From positions 188,418,001 through 188,482,000 of the forward strand of contig NC_042997.1 of NCBI RefSeq assembly GCF_006345805.1: 64,000 nt of DNA, in the 5' to 3' direction. Numbering within the stretch: position 1 is the stretch's first letter; each line of letters starts with the position of its first letter. The notes under the pieces are model-generated. The model was not told the DNA's origin, did not search any database, and was given only the letters and a program-made list of their open reading frames with translations. Shown here one piece after another: positions 53,270 to 64,000 of the stretch. Source of the stretch: Octopus sinensis. Lineage: Eukaryota. A program made the position numbers and the translations under genes.

Positions 53270-53500
53270 AGAATTCCTATCCTTATGAACTTGTGTATGC
53301 TGATGACCTGGCTCTTACAGCTGAATTTGTAGATTCAGGAAAGAAATTGCAGACATGGAAGCAAAACTAAGAATTGGGAGACTACAAAGTAAACTAACCA
53401 AATACCAAAGTTTTATTAAATAGGAAAGAAAACAGGACTTTACTTCTATCAAGCAATAGCCATGCTTGTTAGGAATGTAGCCTGGAGTTCCTACATTTGA
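53270..53500 (+). mobile_element. Short RTE RT fragment (YADD region)
   Basis: ccttatgaacttgtgtatgctgatgacctggctctt = PYELVYADDLAL; decayed downstream. Confidence 0.7.
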
Positions 53501-54324
53501 TGGTAACAAAGAGTTTTTCTCTCACAATGGGGGTCACATTGCCTGATACTTGAGTACAAAGTACAATGTTGTATAATAGTGAAACATGATCTTTCAATGC
53601 AGAGGATCAGTAAATGCAAGGAATAAATGAAACAAGCATGTTTCACTGGATATGAAACAGTAGCATGCATGAATAAAGGCACAGGTATGATGGATATGTG
53701 GTCAAGAAGATTGCCTCCGAACCATGTGGTTTCTGATTAAATTCCGAAACCATAGTTAGGAAGCAACCGGAGGGAACATGGTGTGTGTGTTGTGTGTGCT
53801 TCCTCATTTTGGAAATGTGTGATAATCTGTAAATGTGTGTCAGCACCATGCAAGCATTAGTCAGGGGAGTGGAGGAATATACCTTGTGTGGACACAAGTG
53901 TTGATGACAGAAAGGGCATCCAACTACAGACAAACTACCTCAAAGAATTGTATTTGACACATGGAAAAGTCGGTGTTAAAACGATGATGATGATGAATAA
54001 CAGAACACAAATAGCTCAAGGAAAAATGGATATAAGATGAATCAGATGTGGTGTGCAAGAGTGAAGGTAGCACAGTGTACAGACATGTGATGCTTATGGA
54101 AGATCGCAGTTGCATAAAAAGGCTAGCTGAGCTCTCCAAGTGGACAGAACCTATGGCCGAGAGAGATGTCGTTTCTCTGTAAAGTACTATTTCTCCTGAT
54201 CAAACAAATAACAAATAACTCACTGGTAGGATATGATTTAAAAGCAGATATAAACAAAGACATTGTTTATGAAGCATCAAGATGACCAGACATACTTTCA
54301 CTTGGAATGAAACAATGACACAAT

Positions 54325-54533
54325 TTACATGGTAGCACTGTACACAGAATCATGGTTCTCCACAACAGTTAGGCAGTAACAGATAATGGATGTGATATAG
54401 GCATTCACTACCTCTGCTCTACCCTTCAGGCATAGTTTCCTTTGGCCTATTTCTTGATGAGACTGGCCACCCTTACTCATCACCTCTTCCCAGTTCTTGT
54501 CCATCTGTATGTCTAGACCAAACCAAATTCCAA
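54325..54533 (-). mobile_element. Second fragment of the same L1/Tx1-like family
   Basis: Direct sequence similarity to 49670-49817; track ORF 54325..54552 reads GIWFGLDIQMDKNWEEV...LKGRAEVVNAYITS. Confidence 0.65.
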
Positions 54534-55397
54534 CTATTGTGCCTTGCTTCATGGCTGATCAGAATGAAGAACTTTACATGGTAGCGTGGGATACAGAATC
54601 ACACACACGGACATGCATGTCCATATATTTAGATGCATACAGGTTTCCAACAGTTTCCCCCTCTACCAATTCCACTTACAAGGTATTGGTCAGTCTGATG
54701 TTAGAGTAGAAGTCATTTGCACATTTGCTGTGCAGGGGGGACAAATTCTGAACCACATGGGTGTAAACAAACCTCTTAACCACACACCTATACCTGTACT
54801 TATAGTTAATAAATATATTCTGCATGTAACTTATATTAAGGAGTCTGTACAGCTTGCCATGTTTGTTGTTAATCACTATTTATAGCGTTACATGTTCTTC
54901 AAGATCCCCACCCCCAAAGATACAAAGAATTAAATATTTCATTTTGTCCATGGGTGATACCTATTTCAAAATGCATATATGTTGTTTTTTTAACTCATTA
55001 ACTGAATGAAGCTGGTTTACATTACAGGTAATATAATAATTGTGAAAGGTAAATAAATGTATTTTGCTGTCTGAGGCCATGACATGAGAGCAAATCCTTG
55101 ATTAAATGGATTGCTATAAATCATTCAATACATTTACAACTGTCGTTATCAAAGCAGTATTTGAATTCAGAATATAATGAGCTGGAAGATATAACACAAA
55201 ACATTTTGTCCCAAGCACTAACAATTCTGCCAACTTGTTACTTTAATAAAAACAAAATAATAATAACAATCCTTTCAACTAAGAGAGATACAAGGCCTGA
55301 AATTTGGTGGGAGAGAGTCGTTGATTACATAGACCCCAGTACTCAACTAGTACTTATTTCATCCTATAATAATAATAATAATAGTAATAATAATAAA

Positions 55398-55830
55398 TGC
55401 CCTGATGCAGTACCAGACAATGGCTCTCAATGCTCTGATGCAGTACCAGACAGCAGCTTTCAATGCCCTAATGTAGTACCAGGCAGTGGCTCTCATGGTT
55501 TCTGATTGGAAGTGTTATCATGTACATGTTTTGTCTTGATGTAAGAGATGGGCTATAGCAAATATTCTACTCAATACCACAGATTTGTTTGACCATAACC
55601 AAATGAGCATGTCCCTTGGTGGCTGACAATATGTGCATCTCTGATCACGAGCAGAAGTAGTGGGGGAGCATCATAGCCATGTATTGAGAGGAATTCTTTG
55701 AGATTTGAGTAATTCACCTCTGGAAATATAGGTGCTTCATTCATTATCTTTAAACAACCTTTATTCAGAGACCTTTTGAGGGAGATGGGCTACTGGACCT
55801 AAAGAAAATTCTAATAAGGACCCCAACCTG
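55398..55830 (+). mobile_element. Interspersed repeat whose first 33 bp are triplicated
   Basis: Three 33-bp units at 55398, 55431 and 55464 (tgccctgatgcagtaccagacaatggctctcaa consensus), then a GC-richer body. Family not classified; right end approximate. Confidence 0.55.
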
Positions 55831-55985
55831 TGCTGTTAATTTGATGTGGCCTCTATGTCACACACACATATGGTTGTAATGCATGTGCTGCTCCCTCACT
55901 CAATAGCTGAATTAAATTAACTAGCGTTCTTATTAAATATTTGTTACAAATTAATATTTTCAACATTCTTCTATAGACCCTAGAT

Positions 55986-56140
55986 CAGTCATAGGCAAAC
56001 TTAAGCCTTGCAGGACTTTCTGAATGGCCTAACAAAAAAAAATTACCTTCATTTTTTAAATTTTCTATTCATAGTGCAGCCCACCTGATGATGAACTATG
56101 GCATTTTTCAAAAATGTTGCCCATGTCAACTCTAGGTTAT
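55986..56140. mobile_element. Possible hAT-type MITE remnant
   Basis: cagtcataggcaaac ... gttgcccatg ends, with 8-bp flanks ccctagat/ctctaggt. Confidence 0.35.
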
Positions 56141-56538
56141 AAAGGAATACTTTGACAGAATTTCTCTTTAGCCTAAAATTTGAAGGTCTTGAGCTGGACA
56201 GAGATCAGTGGTATTTGTTTGAATATGTCATGATACTGGTGTTTTAACACACCAGAATGCCATGGGTTATACAGGTAGTTCTTATATAACAGTATACTAT
56301 GATTTTAACTGATGGTCCTTACATACTAGAACAACACAAGCTGTGCTCAGTGTTCATGTATACCGGTATACCATGAACTATACTGATGGTACCCATATAC
56401 GTACATACATGAATGGTACTGCACCAATGGACTGATGATTCCAACCTACTTATTATACCATGAACTGTACAAAAGGTTTACACATACCGGTATACCATGG
56501 ACTATAATGATGGTACACGCGCACAGGTATAACATAGA

Positions 56539-56690
56539 CCAGGCATGCACAACCTTTTACCAGAAGTGGGTTGCATGAGACATGGCCCATCATCAGCTGG
56601 GCTACATTACTGAAAAAACATTCAAGGTAATTTTTTCATCAGGCACACCATTCAGAAAGTCCTGTGAGTTGCCAGTTGCCCATCATTGAA
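56539..56690. mobile_element. Possible hAT-type MITE remnant
   Basis: caggcatgcacaac ... gttgcccatcattg ends, with flanks acatagac/aaatagac (7/8 match). Confidence 0.4.
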
Positions 56691-56782
56691 ATAGACTGTA
56701 CTTATAGTGTACCATAGACTATAGCGATGATCTTCATACACCAGTACAGCATGGACTGTACTTATATAGCTCATATATATAT

Positions 56783-57030
56783 ATCACCATCATTGTTTAA
56801 CGTCCGCTTTCCATGCTGGCATGTGTTGGGCGGTTTGACTGAGGACTGGTGAGCCAGATGGCTGCACCAGGCTCCAATCTTGATCTGGCAGAGTTTCTAC
56901 AGCTGGATGCCCTTCCGTGAGTGTATGGGTGCTTTTACGTGCCACCAGCACAAGGGCCAGTTAGGTGGTTCTGGTAACGGCCATGCTCAAATGGTGTTTT
57001 TTATGTGCCACCTGCACAGGAGCCAGTCCT
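56783..57030 (-). mobile_element. RTE 3' UTR-derived insertion
   Basis: gtttaacgtccgctttccatgctggcatg...ctacagctggatgcccttcc. Confidence 0.8.
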
Positions 57031-57722
57031 ATGGAACATATATATATATATATCACTAAACCTAAGACTATACAAATGGATCCTACAATCTTAGTACTGT
57101 ATTTTCTGGCACACAAGCCAAATTTTAATCAGACCAAAATTTACAACCAAAAAAGAGGTCAGTTTATACACCAAAATGACTTCAGAGGACCAAAAATTCC
57201 ATGTGAAGTTCATCGGGTGTTTGGAAAAATTACGCCGTTTTCATATTTACACTATACACCATGTTGACTTGCACAACGGAAACATGGTATACAATTGACT
57301 CTATTTATGGCTGCTACACTGTATACCATGTACTGCATTGTTGTTTCTCTCATACTACTGCTATTTCATATGGCCTGTGTCCACTGTCAGAAATATTTAC
57401 GCTTCACACCAAATTTTCACAGTTCTTCAAAACAGTATTATTTGCAGCTAACCTTGTTTTGAATATTCTTTTATTAATTGCAACTGTTTAGAATATTTCT
57501 TCGCCATGTTAAAGTCTAGTTAGAAACTTACTACTACTCTCCTTTTGCCATTTCATATAATTTTTTTCTTTCTTTTGCATTGAAGTCGATGACAAAACAC
57601 ATGTAACATCACATCAGACAGCTGACATTTTATACACAGCTAGAAACAGCCATTCAGTATCAGTAATCAATGCAAATTTCATCTTATTTACTTTTGAAAT
57701 AGAGATATCAATGTAGAACAAT

Positions 57723-57723
<1 letters not shown>

Positions 57724-57761
<38 letters not shown>

Positions 57762-57770
57762 ACAACAACA
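57724..57770. repeat. (AGT)n(AAC)n microsatellite
   Basis: Direct reading. Confidence 0.95.
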
Positions 57771-58938
57771 GCAGGCACAGCAGTTTAGCCCTTGATCAAG
57801 CAGATCTAAGATCAAAGACACTCCAGCTGTGACTATCTAGGTTTTCAGACACCAGTGTATTTCCATTATATAATGTGCTTTTCCATTTTTCCAACAGCGG
57901 GGTGTAATTTGAGGGAGAGGAATCAGTTGCAATTTCTAGCAGATCAAGCAACAACAGACTGTTATTACCAGAATTCTCAGTAGTTATTTGCTAGCTAGAT
58001 TAGTAATTATATTATGTATTTCTATTTGCTTTTAAACTGTTCAAAAACTAGAAACATTTCCCAAACAATATTCTGAAGTTTAAAACCAGTGACAATAATT
58101 CTCTGGTTACTAATTAAGTACAAAATTACAAGCCTCCTACCAGACTAACTTGCAATGATAAAATTAAATTCTAAGAACTGTCTCATTTATTCCACATAAG
58201 AAACCTCAAAATAAGTTCCTTTATCCTTTTTATAAACAACATATTTTATTACGCCTCCACAAAGTTTTATTTAATAGTTATAGGAAAGAACATTGATGAT
58301 GTCAGCTAAAGGAGACTGTTAAACCTTTACGGGGATAACCTCTATGGCGCTGCAGACTGATACAAAGCACTCAGTGCATTTTTGTTGGAGACCTCTACAG
58401 TGCTGGTTGTTACAATAAAAACGCACCCAGCTGTCTTTCTGTCTGTTTTATCGCAACATGATAGGATGGGCATCCAGTATTTAAAAAAAAACTATACCAA
58501 AGAAAAAGAGAGAGAAGGAATGAACCGAAGATATGAACTTTACGAAGTCCCACGTGTATTAAACTAAAGGAACAGTAATTTTGAATAAAAACACAGAGAG
58601 GTCTCTAGCACAACTGTCTTGATATCCGTTCTAATGTCAGTGACACGATAAAATGCATTGATAGGAAGGGCATCCAGCAGTAAATAAACAACATTACACA
58701 ACAAAGACAGCTGGATGACAATTGATCGTGGCGGGGCGAGGAGCCTTGAAGCTGTTCTAATCCTAAGACTAGCATGTAAAAACGGATGTAAAATAGTGGT
58801 GGTGACAATCGTAAGTTGGATTTGTTGGTTGTATTTAAATAAAATATGTAAAGGGTATAAGAAAAAAACGTTAATTTTTTAAAAAATATGAGTAAGAACA
58901 ATCTCTAATGATTTACAATACCGGTTTTTAATGCTCAC

Positions 58939-58967
58939 CAAAAGACACCACGTCAATTAATACTCAC
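58939..58967 (-). other. Candidate 29-nt non-coding exon / recursive splice site (AG|GTGAGT)
   Basis: Minus strand reads tttttttcttcttctttcAG|GTGAGTATTAATTGACGTGGTGTCTTTTG|GTGAGCA: a strong pyrimidine tract, an AG directly followed by a consensus donor, and a second donor 29 nt later. Confidence 0.45.
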
Positions 58968-59299
58968 CTGAAAGAAGAAGAAAAAAATATTGATAAATAC
59001 ATTGAAACGAATAAATAATTTCATCAGTTTTTAAAACATCTAATACTTTTCAAAGTCAAACATGTTAGAATAATTTTAAAAAAATATTTCACCAAGTCCC
59101 TTGGTTAATTCTGGAGAAAAGTTGAAGAATTAAGAAAATTAAAGGAAATTAAACAAGTCTTTAAAAAAAATGTGTGCCTAAAATAAATAAATAAATAGAC
59201 AGATAAATAAAAGCTGACATTTTAAAGTATGTCTGAATACAATGTTACAAATATATCATTACTGAAGTAGAGCATTCACAGAATAAATGCAAGTACTTC

Positions 59300-61260
59300 T
59301 ACACATACGAGTATATAGTTTATACCCATCCACCCACACAAAGCCTTGTAATAGGTTAATTTCGATTTTAAATCTCAGGTTAATCCACTCTTAAAACAGT
59401 TTACTTCAGTATCTTCGAAACGAAAGCCTTAATTATATATTATATATATATATATATATTTCTGTACATCTCACACTTGTTTATTTATAACAAGATAGCC
59501 ACATGAAGGAGAAAAATAAAGTCGCAATCTCAGTCAAATCAACCCATGCTTGTTTCATACCATACTCAATCAGACCTCCAATGCAAAAACAATTATGCTC
59601 TTCCTCGCTACAAACTGGAGTAGTCAAAGACAATTAACAAATTGGTTTGTTTCCTCCGCTTCAAATGACGAGAAGTTACAAAGCTAATCTGTAAAGAAAC
59701 AATGGAAGCCTACACTCGAAGTACAATTTCTGTCACGGATCTTTCACTTTCTATCTTCTAACACTCGACTATTTTTCCAACTCAAAACAGTCGAACAAAA
59801 TCTCTAAACACCTATAATACTTTTTTAATTAATTAATAATTTACACATGTATTTGCTGCAACTAGCAGATAAAACATCGTCTACCTCTGTGTTCATAGTT
59901 ACCATGAATACAGTGAGTATGACAACATAATTCAACTTCAATGCTGTTATTTCTCTGTTAGTTGATCTGTATCTCGTCAGCTTTGTTGTCACTTCAGTGA
60001 AATAGCAGTTCAATAATAAATTGCATAGGAAAAGTAAATAAAAAAAAAATCTCTAACACAGTAACCTGACTATTCTCTCTCTCTATCACTGTTAAAGATG
60101 TGAATTGTCTCAAGCAGTAATAATGTGAAATATGTATTGAATTACGATGCCAACATTGACTCAGCTATATGGTCGTTCTGTACACACCAAAGATATTGAA
60201 ATTAGATGGGGGTGACAAGACACACAAGTAGTACAGAGTTAGTTAGGCAGACACCAGTAGAGTTAGGAGACAGATACATACCAGAAATATAACAGTTAAA
60301 CGGTAGACAGACATACGCATGTGATGTAGAATTAATCTAAGCCTAAGAGATACAGACATCAATGATACAGTTAGATGGCAAACAGAGACATACACTAGGT
60401 GTGTATTAGACATTCCAGTGGTACGCAACTAGGTAATACTCAGACACACACCAGTACCCAGTGTTTTGAAATTAAAAAAAGCACTCAAACATACAACAGC
60501 AGTGTGTACCGCGAGATAGTACCCAGACACACAAAGGTAATGTACTGCTAGTTAGTACTCAGATAGACACTAATAGTCAACAAGACTGTTGTTGGTACTC
60601 AGTTACTTAGCAGTGAGTACACAGTTGATACTCAGATATATAGTAGTCGAAGTACAGCCAAGTGATGATACTCGATGATACAGCAGTGGTAGACAGCTAC
60701 CGTGACATACATAACACTTGTATATGTACCGAGGGAATCTCTGTGGTCACTAAATCTGCTAGAAATAACAGTTACATTTCCCTCCCTTTCCCATGTCATA
60801 AAAAAAAAGTTTGAATTGGATTAAGATACCCTTAAAAGACGAGACGGTCACGGTTAGAATGCCACTGCTTATATAGATCTGCTGGATTACAGTTTTGCTT
60901 CTCAACAACAGAGAGATTACACTCACGGTGAAACAGCTACATGGAATCCAAGCATTTATTTACCGTGTACAACTAGATGGTACCCGACTACGTTCAGTGT
61001 ACTGCGATAAGTCGAAAATCAGCAGTGATAGAGCGATAAACTTAAAATGTTGAGGAAATGACCTGGTTGTCTCACCGCTTTCACCATTCTAGTCTTTCTC
61101 TGTTTAGGAAATATCTTGCATACTTGTCTCCCTTGAGAGATTACGAAAAATCATCCTTTGTATTATTTTTTTTTCTTTTCCTACCGACATTTCCACAACC
61201 GCCTCACCTGACTCAAATATTTAGGGAGGGAGTGTCTGTGCATTCGATCGACCAGCTAGA
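59300..61260 (-). promoter_or_regulatory. CpG-retaining, non-repeat intronic block; putative alternative promoter/first exon ending at a donor at 60927
   Basis: Visibly more CG dinucleotides than the near CpG-free bulk intron, and not a recognisable young repeat. Donor CACC|GTGAGT on the minus strand (GT at 60926-60925). Function is inferred. Confidence 0.35.
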
Positions 61261-61404
61261 TATAGCAGACAAATTCCTCTCGAATAACATTTTACAGTTT
61301 AGGAAAAAGGGGGGATGTGTATGTATATATATATATATATGTTTGTTCTTTTACGTGTTTCAGTGTAAAAGGCTGTGGCCACGCTGATACACACATATAT
61401 ATAC

Positions 61405-61740
61405 ACAGGCGTGGCTGTGTAGGAAGAAGTTTTCTTCTCAACGACATAGTTCCGGGTTCAGTCTCATTGCGTGTTACCTTGAACAGGAATCTACTATCCC
61501 CTCGGGCCGACCAAAGCCTTTGTGGGTAGATTTAGAAGACGGGAACTGAAAGAAACCCGTCGCGTATGTATATGTGTGAGTGCTTGTTTGTCCCCCACCG
61601 ACCCACTGCTTGACAACCGGTATTGGTTTGTTTACGGCAAAAGAATAAGAATTTTTTAAAGAGAAAAGTATTTGGTTCGACTAAACTTTTCTGTGCTCCA
61701 GCATGGCCGCATCCAATGAGTGGAACAAATAAAAGACTCA
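61405..61740 (+). mobile_element. Degenerate copy of the same SINE family
   Basis: ggcgtggctgtgt...gttccgggttcagtc...cgggccgaccaaagccttt...ccagcatggccgc. Confidence 0.75.
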
Positions 61741-62359
61741 TATATAACTAGACAGTTTGATAAGACCCGACAATGGCTGAAATTAAACTACATTTGGGTA
61801 TTTACTTATACAGCCCATATCTAATTTTTTAAAGATAATTAGAAGTGCCTTTGAAACTCAAAATATGTTAACACATTAAACTGATTAGCTTTTTTATTTT
61901 TTACTTGGTTCAATTATGCAGGGGTACTACCTCGAAAAGTTTAGTTGTACAAATCAATCCTAGTATTAATTTCTTAAGGCCGGTACTTGTTCTCTTGGTA
62001 TATTTTACTGAACTGCTAAGTTACGTGGATGTAAACAAACCAACATCGATTGCCAACCGTTAGTGGGGGGTGTCAAACACAACAGTTTTTGTTTAGCAAA
62101 TCCACTCACAAGGCTTTGGTCAGCCTGGAGCTATAGTAGAAGACAACTGATCAGGGTGCTGTACAGTGGGATTGAACCCTGGTTGTGAAGTAAGCTTCAT
62201 AACCACATAATATGTTTAATCAAGAATTTATGAATAAAGTATTTCTTTGCGTGATTTTTAATAATGAAAGACAATCTGTAAGTTTCAATAAGCTCAAATG
62301 TTTTCTCTTAAGCAAAATCTTGGAATAGTGAAACAGGTTTATATTAACTGATATCAGTT

Positions 62360-63155
62360 TCAAATTTCAGCACATGGCCAGCAATTTCGGGGGACAGGCT
62401 AAGTCAATTACATCAACCTCAGTGCTCAACTGGTTATTACTCTATCGACCCCAAAAGAATGAAAGGTAACGTTGACCTTTGGAGGAATTGGAACTCAGAA
62501 CGTAAGGAAGGGCAGATGAAATGCTGCTAAGCATTTTGTCCAGCATGCCAACAATTCTGCCATCTCATCATTTTATGTAGTGTGACTGACATTTAAAAAG
62601 AATTAAATTCAAAATTTAAAAAAAAAAAATTTTTGTTGTTCCTCTTTAACTAAAATATAGCTATAAAAAAAATTGTCAGATTTGGGTAGGCAAAGCAGTG
62701 TCGCACTCTTCTGTTTGCATATAATGAATCAACAAGCTAGGAGTGGTGGAACAAAGGTTAAAAACTGGCTCTGTCACAACATGAGTCAAATATCAGGTGT
62801 CTATAAGAATGTTTTTTTCATTTTCTGTTTTGTTTAGCAGCAAAACTGCAACTACCAAAAAAAAAAATAATAAAAAACAGATGGAATTTATAAAGTATAA
62901 AGTGCCCCTTACCCCACAAAATATTAACCTTGATTTTATAGATTCGATTTTAGCAGCAAGCTAGCAGAAAAGTTGGCACAATGGACAAATTGCTTAGTTG
63001 TATTTCATTCATCTTTACATTGAGTTCAACTTTGCCTTTCATCCTTTCGGAGATTGATGAAGTAAGTACCAGTTGAACATTGGAGTCAATGTAATTGACT
63101 AAGTCCCCTCCCATAAGATTTCAGGTAGCCTTGTTGTGTCTATAGTAGAAAGGAT
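62360..63155. repeat. Inverted pair of third-family SINEs (62360-62570 minus; 62955-63155 plus)
   Basis: aatgaaaggtaacgttgacc/ctcagaacgt in the first copy versus actttgcctttcatcctttcgg/aagtaccagttg in the second. Confidence 0.7.
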
Positions 63156-64000
63156 TTGATGTGCTGTTTCAGACAGAATTTTTAGTTAGACAAAAAGACA
63201 AAACAACTTAATTGACACAAAATGGTATTCCAACAAGTCATGGACATGAATATATAACTAAGAAAATTTTAAATAAAAGAATAAAAGAACAAAGCAAGAG
63301 TCCTCCATGTTAGTCCTTGACTAACCAGCATTCTTAATCTGATAATAGAAAAATATCTCAAGCAGCAAATGGATATTTAATCATAGATCCAGTGGGGAAA
63401 AATAGTTTTAAACTACTTAATGTGTCAAAAAGTATCTCTTATAAGTGTAAACAGTACCTCACATATATAAAGAAATTTAATATCAATTTGTTCATTTAAC
63501 ATGCTTATTAAAGTGCTCTATTAAAAAATACAATGAAAGAAATTAATGAATTTTTAACAACTTATCAATTAATTTTGCCTTTTGTTTTGTTTTACGTTTC
63601 CTTTGAAATATTTGTTAATGAGATTAAAACCAAATCATTTAAAAGTTCAAAGAATAAAAAAATATGTTAGATGTTTTGAACAATAAATTTAAACTGTGAA
63701 ACATAATATTATCAAAACAGTTCAAATTTACAAGAATTTGTATTTCTGTATACAACAAAACATTGTTTTTGGCTTGTTTTATTTATTTATTTTATAGCTA
63801 TTTGATCCTTGGCAGTGCAGTGAACCATTTACAAGATGCAAGGCCACGTCTGATTTCTACAAAATTATGAAAGTGCTTTACAGAAGTAGAACTGGTGGAA
63901 TTTATAACATTAATATAGACCAGGAGTCAGCGAAATTGGGGTATATTACCCCAAGTGAGGTAAAAATTAAATTCTTGAGGGTAATGAGGGCTCATTAGAC

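Noticed and set aside
55398-55496. 33-bp repeats (and the 26-bp duplication at 32675) as CRISPR-like arrays
   Set aside because: Contiguous tandem units with no spacers, in a eukaryotic intron.

Overview
AT-rich (largely CpG-depleted) eukaryotic genomic DNA. The SINE/RTE repeat complement and microsatellite load resemble an octopus (coleoid cephalopod) genome; this is inference from repeat recognition, not a database hit. The whole window lies inside one minus-strand gene, ZMIZ1/2 (zinc finger MIZ-type; fly tonalli relative). Three coding exons (24084-23949, 8462-8196, 312-214) have GT-AG boundaries and join in frame to encode ...[20 protein letters not shown]...SLSVVTTVWGVT...DYPAPSPSALSVA. 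The upstream coding exons were not found, so the first intron here is >39.9 kb if they lie beyond the window. The rest is intronic: two decayed mariners, RTE, CR1/Jockey-like and L1/Tx1-like LINE fragments, MITEs, many tRNA-derived SINEs and microsatellites. The best leads are splicing-level: an in-frame 15-nt microexon candidate (23137-23151), a juxtaposed AG|GTGAGT recursive-splice/29-nt exon candidate (58939-58967), and a CpG-retaining intronic promoter-like block with a strong donor (about 59.3-61.3 kb) that could yield an N-terminally truncated ZMIZ. Most ORFs in the supplied track are spurious.
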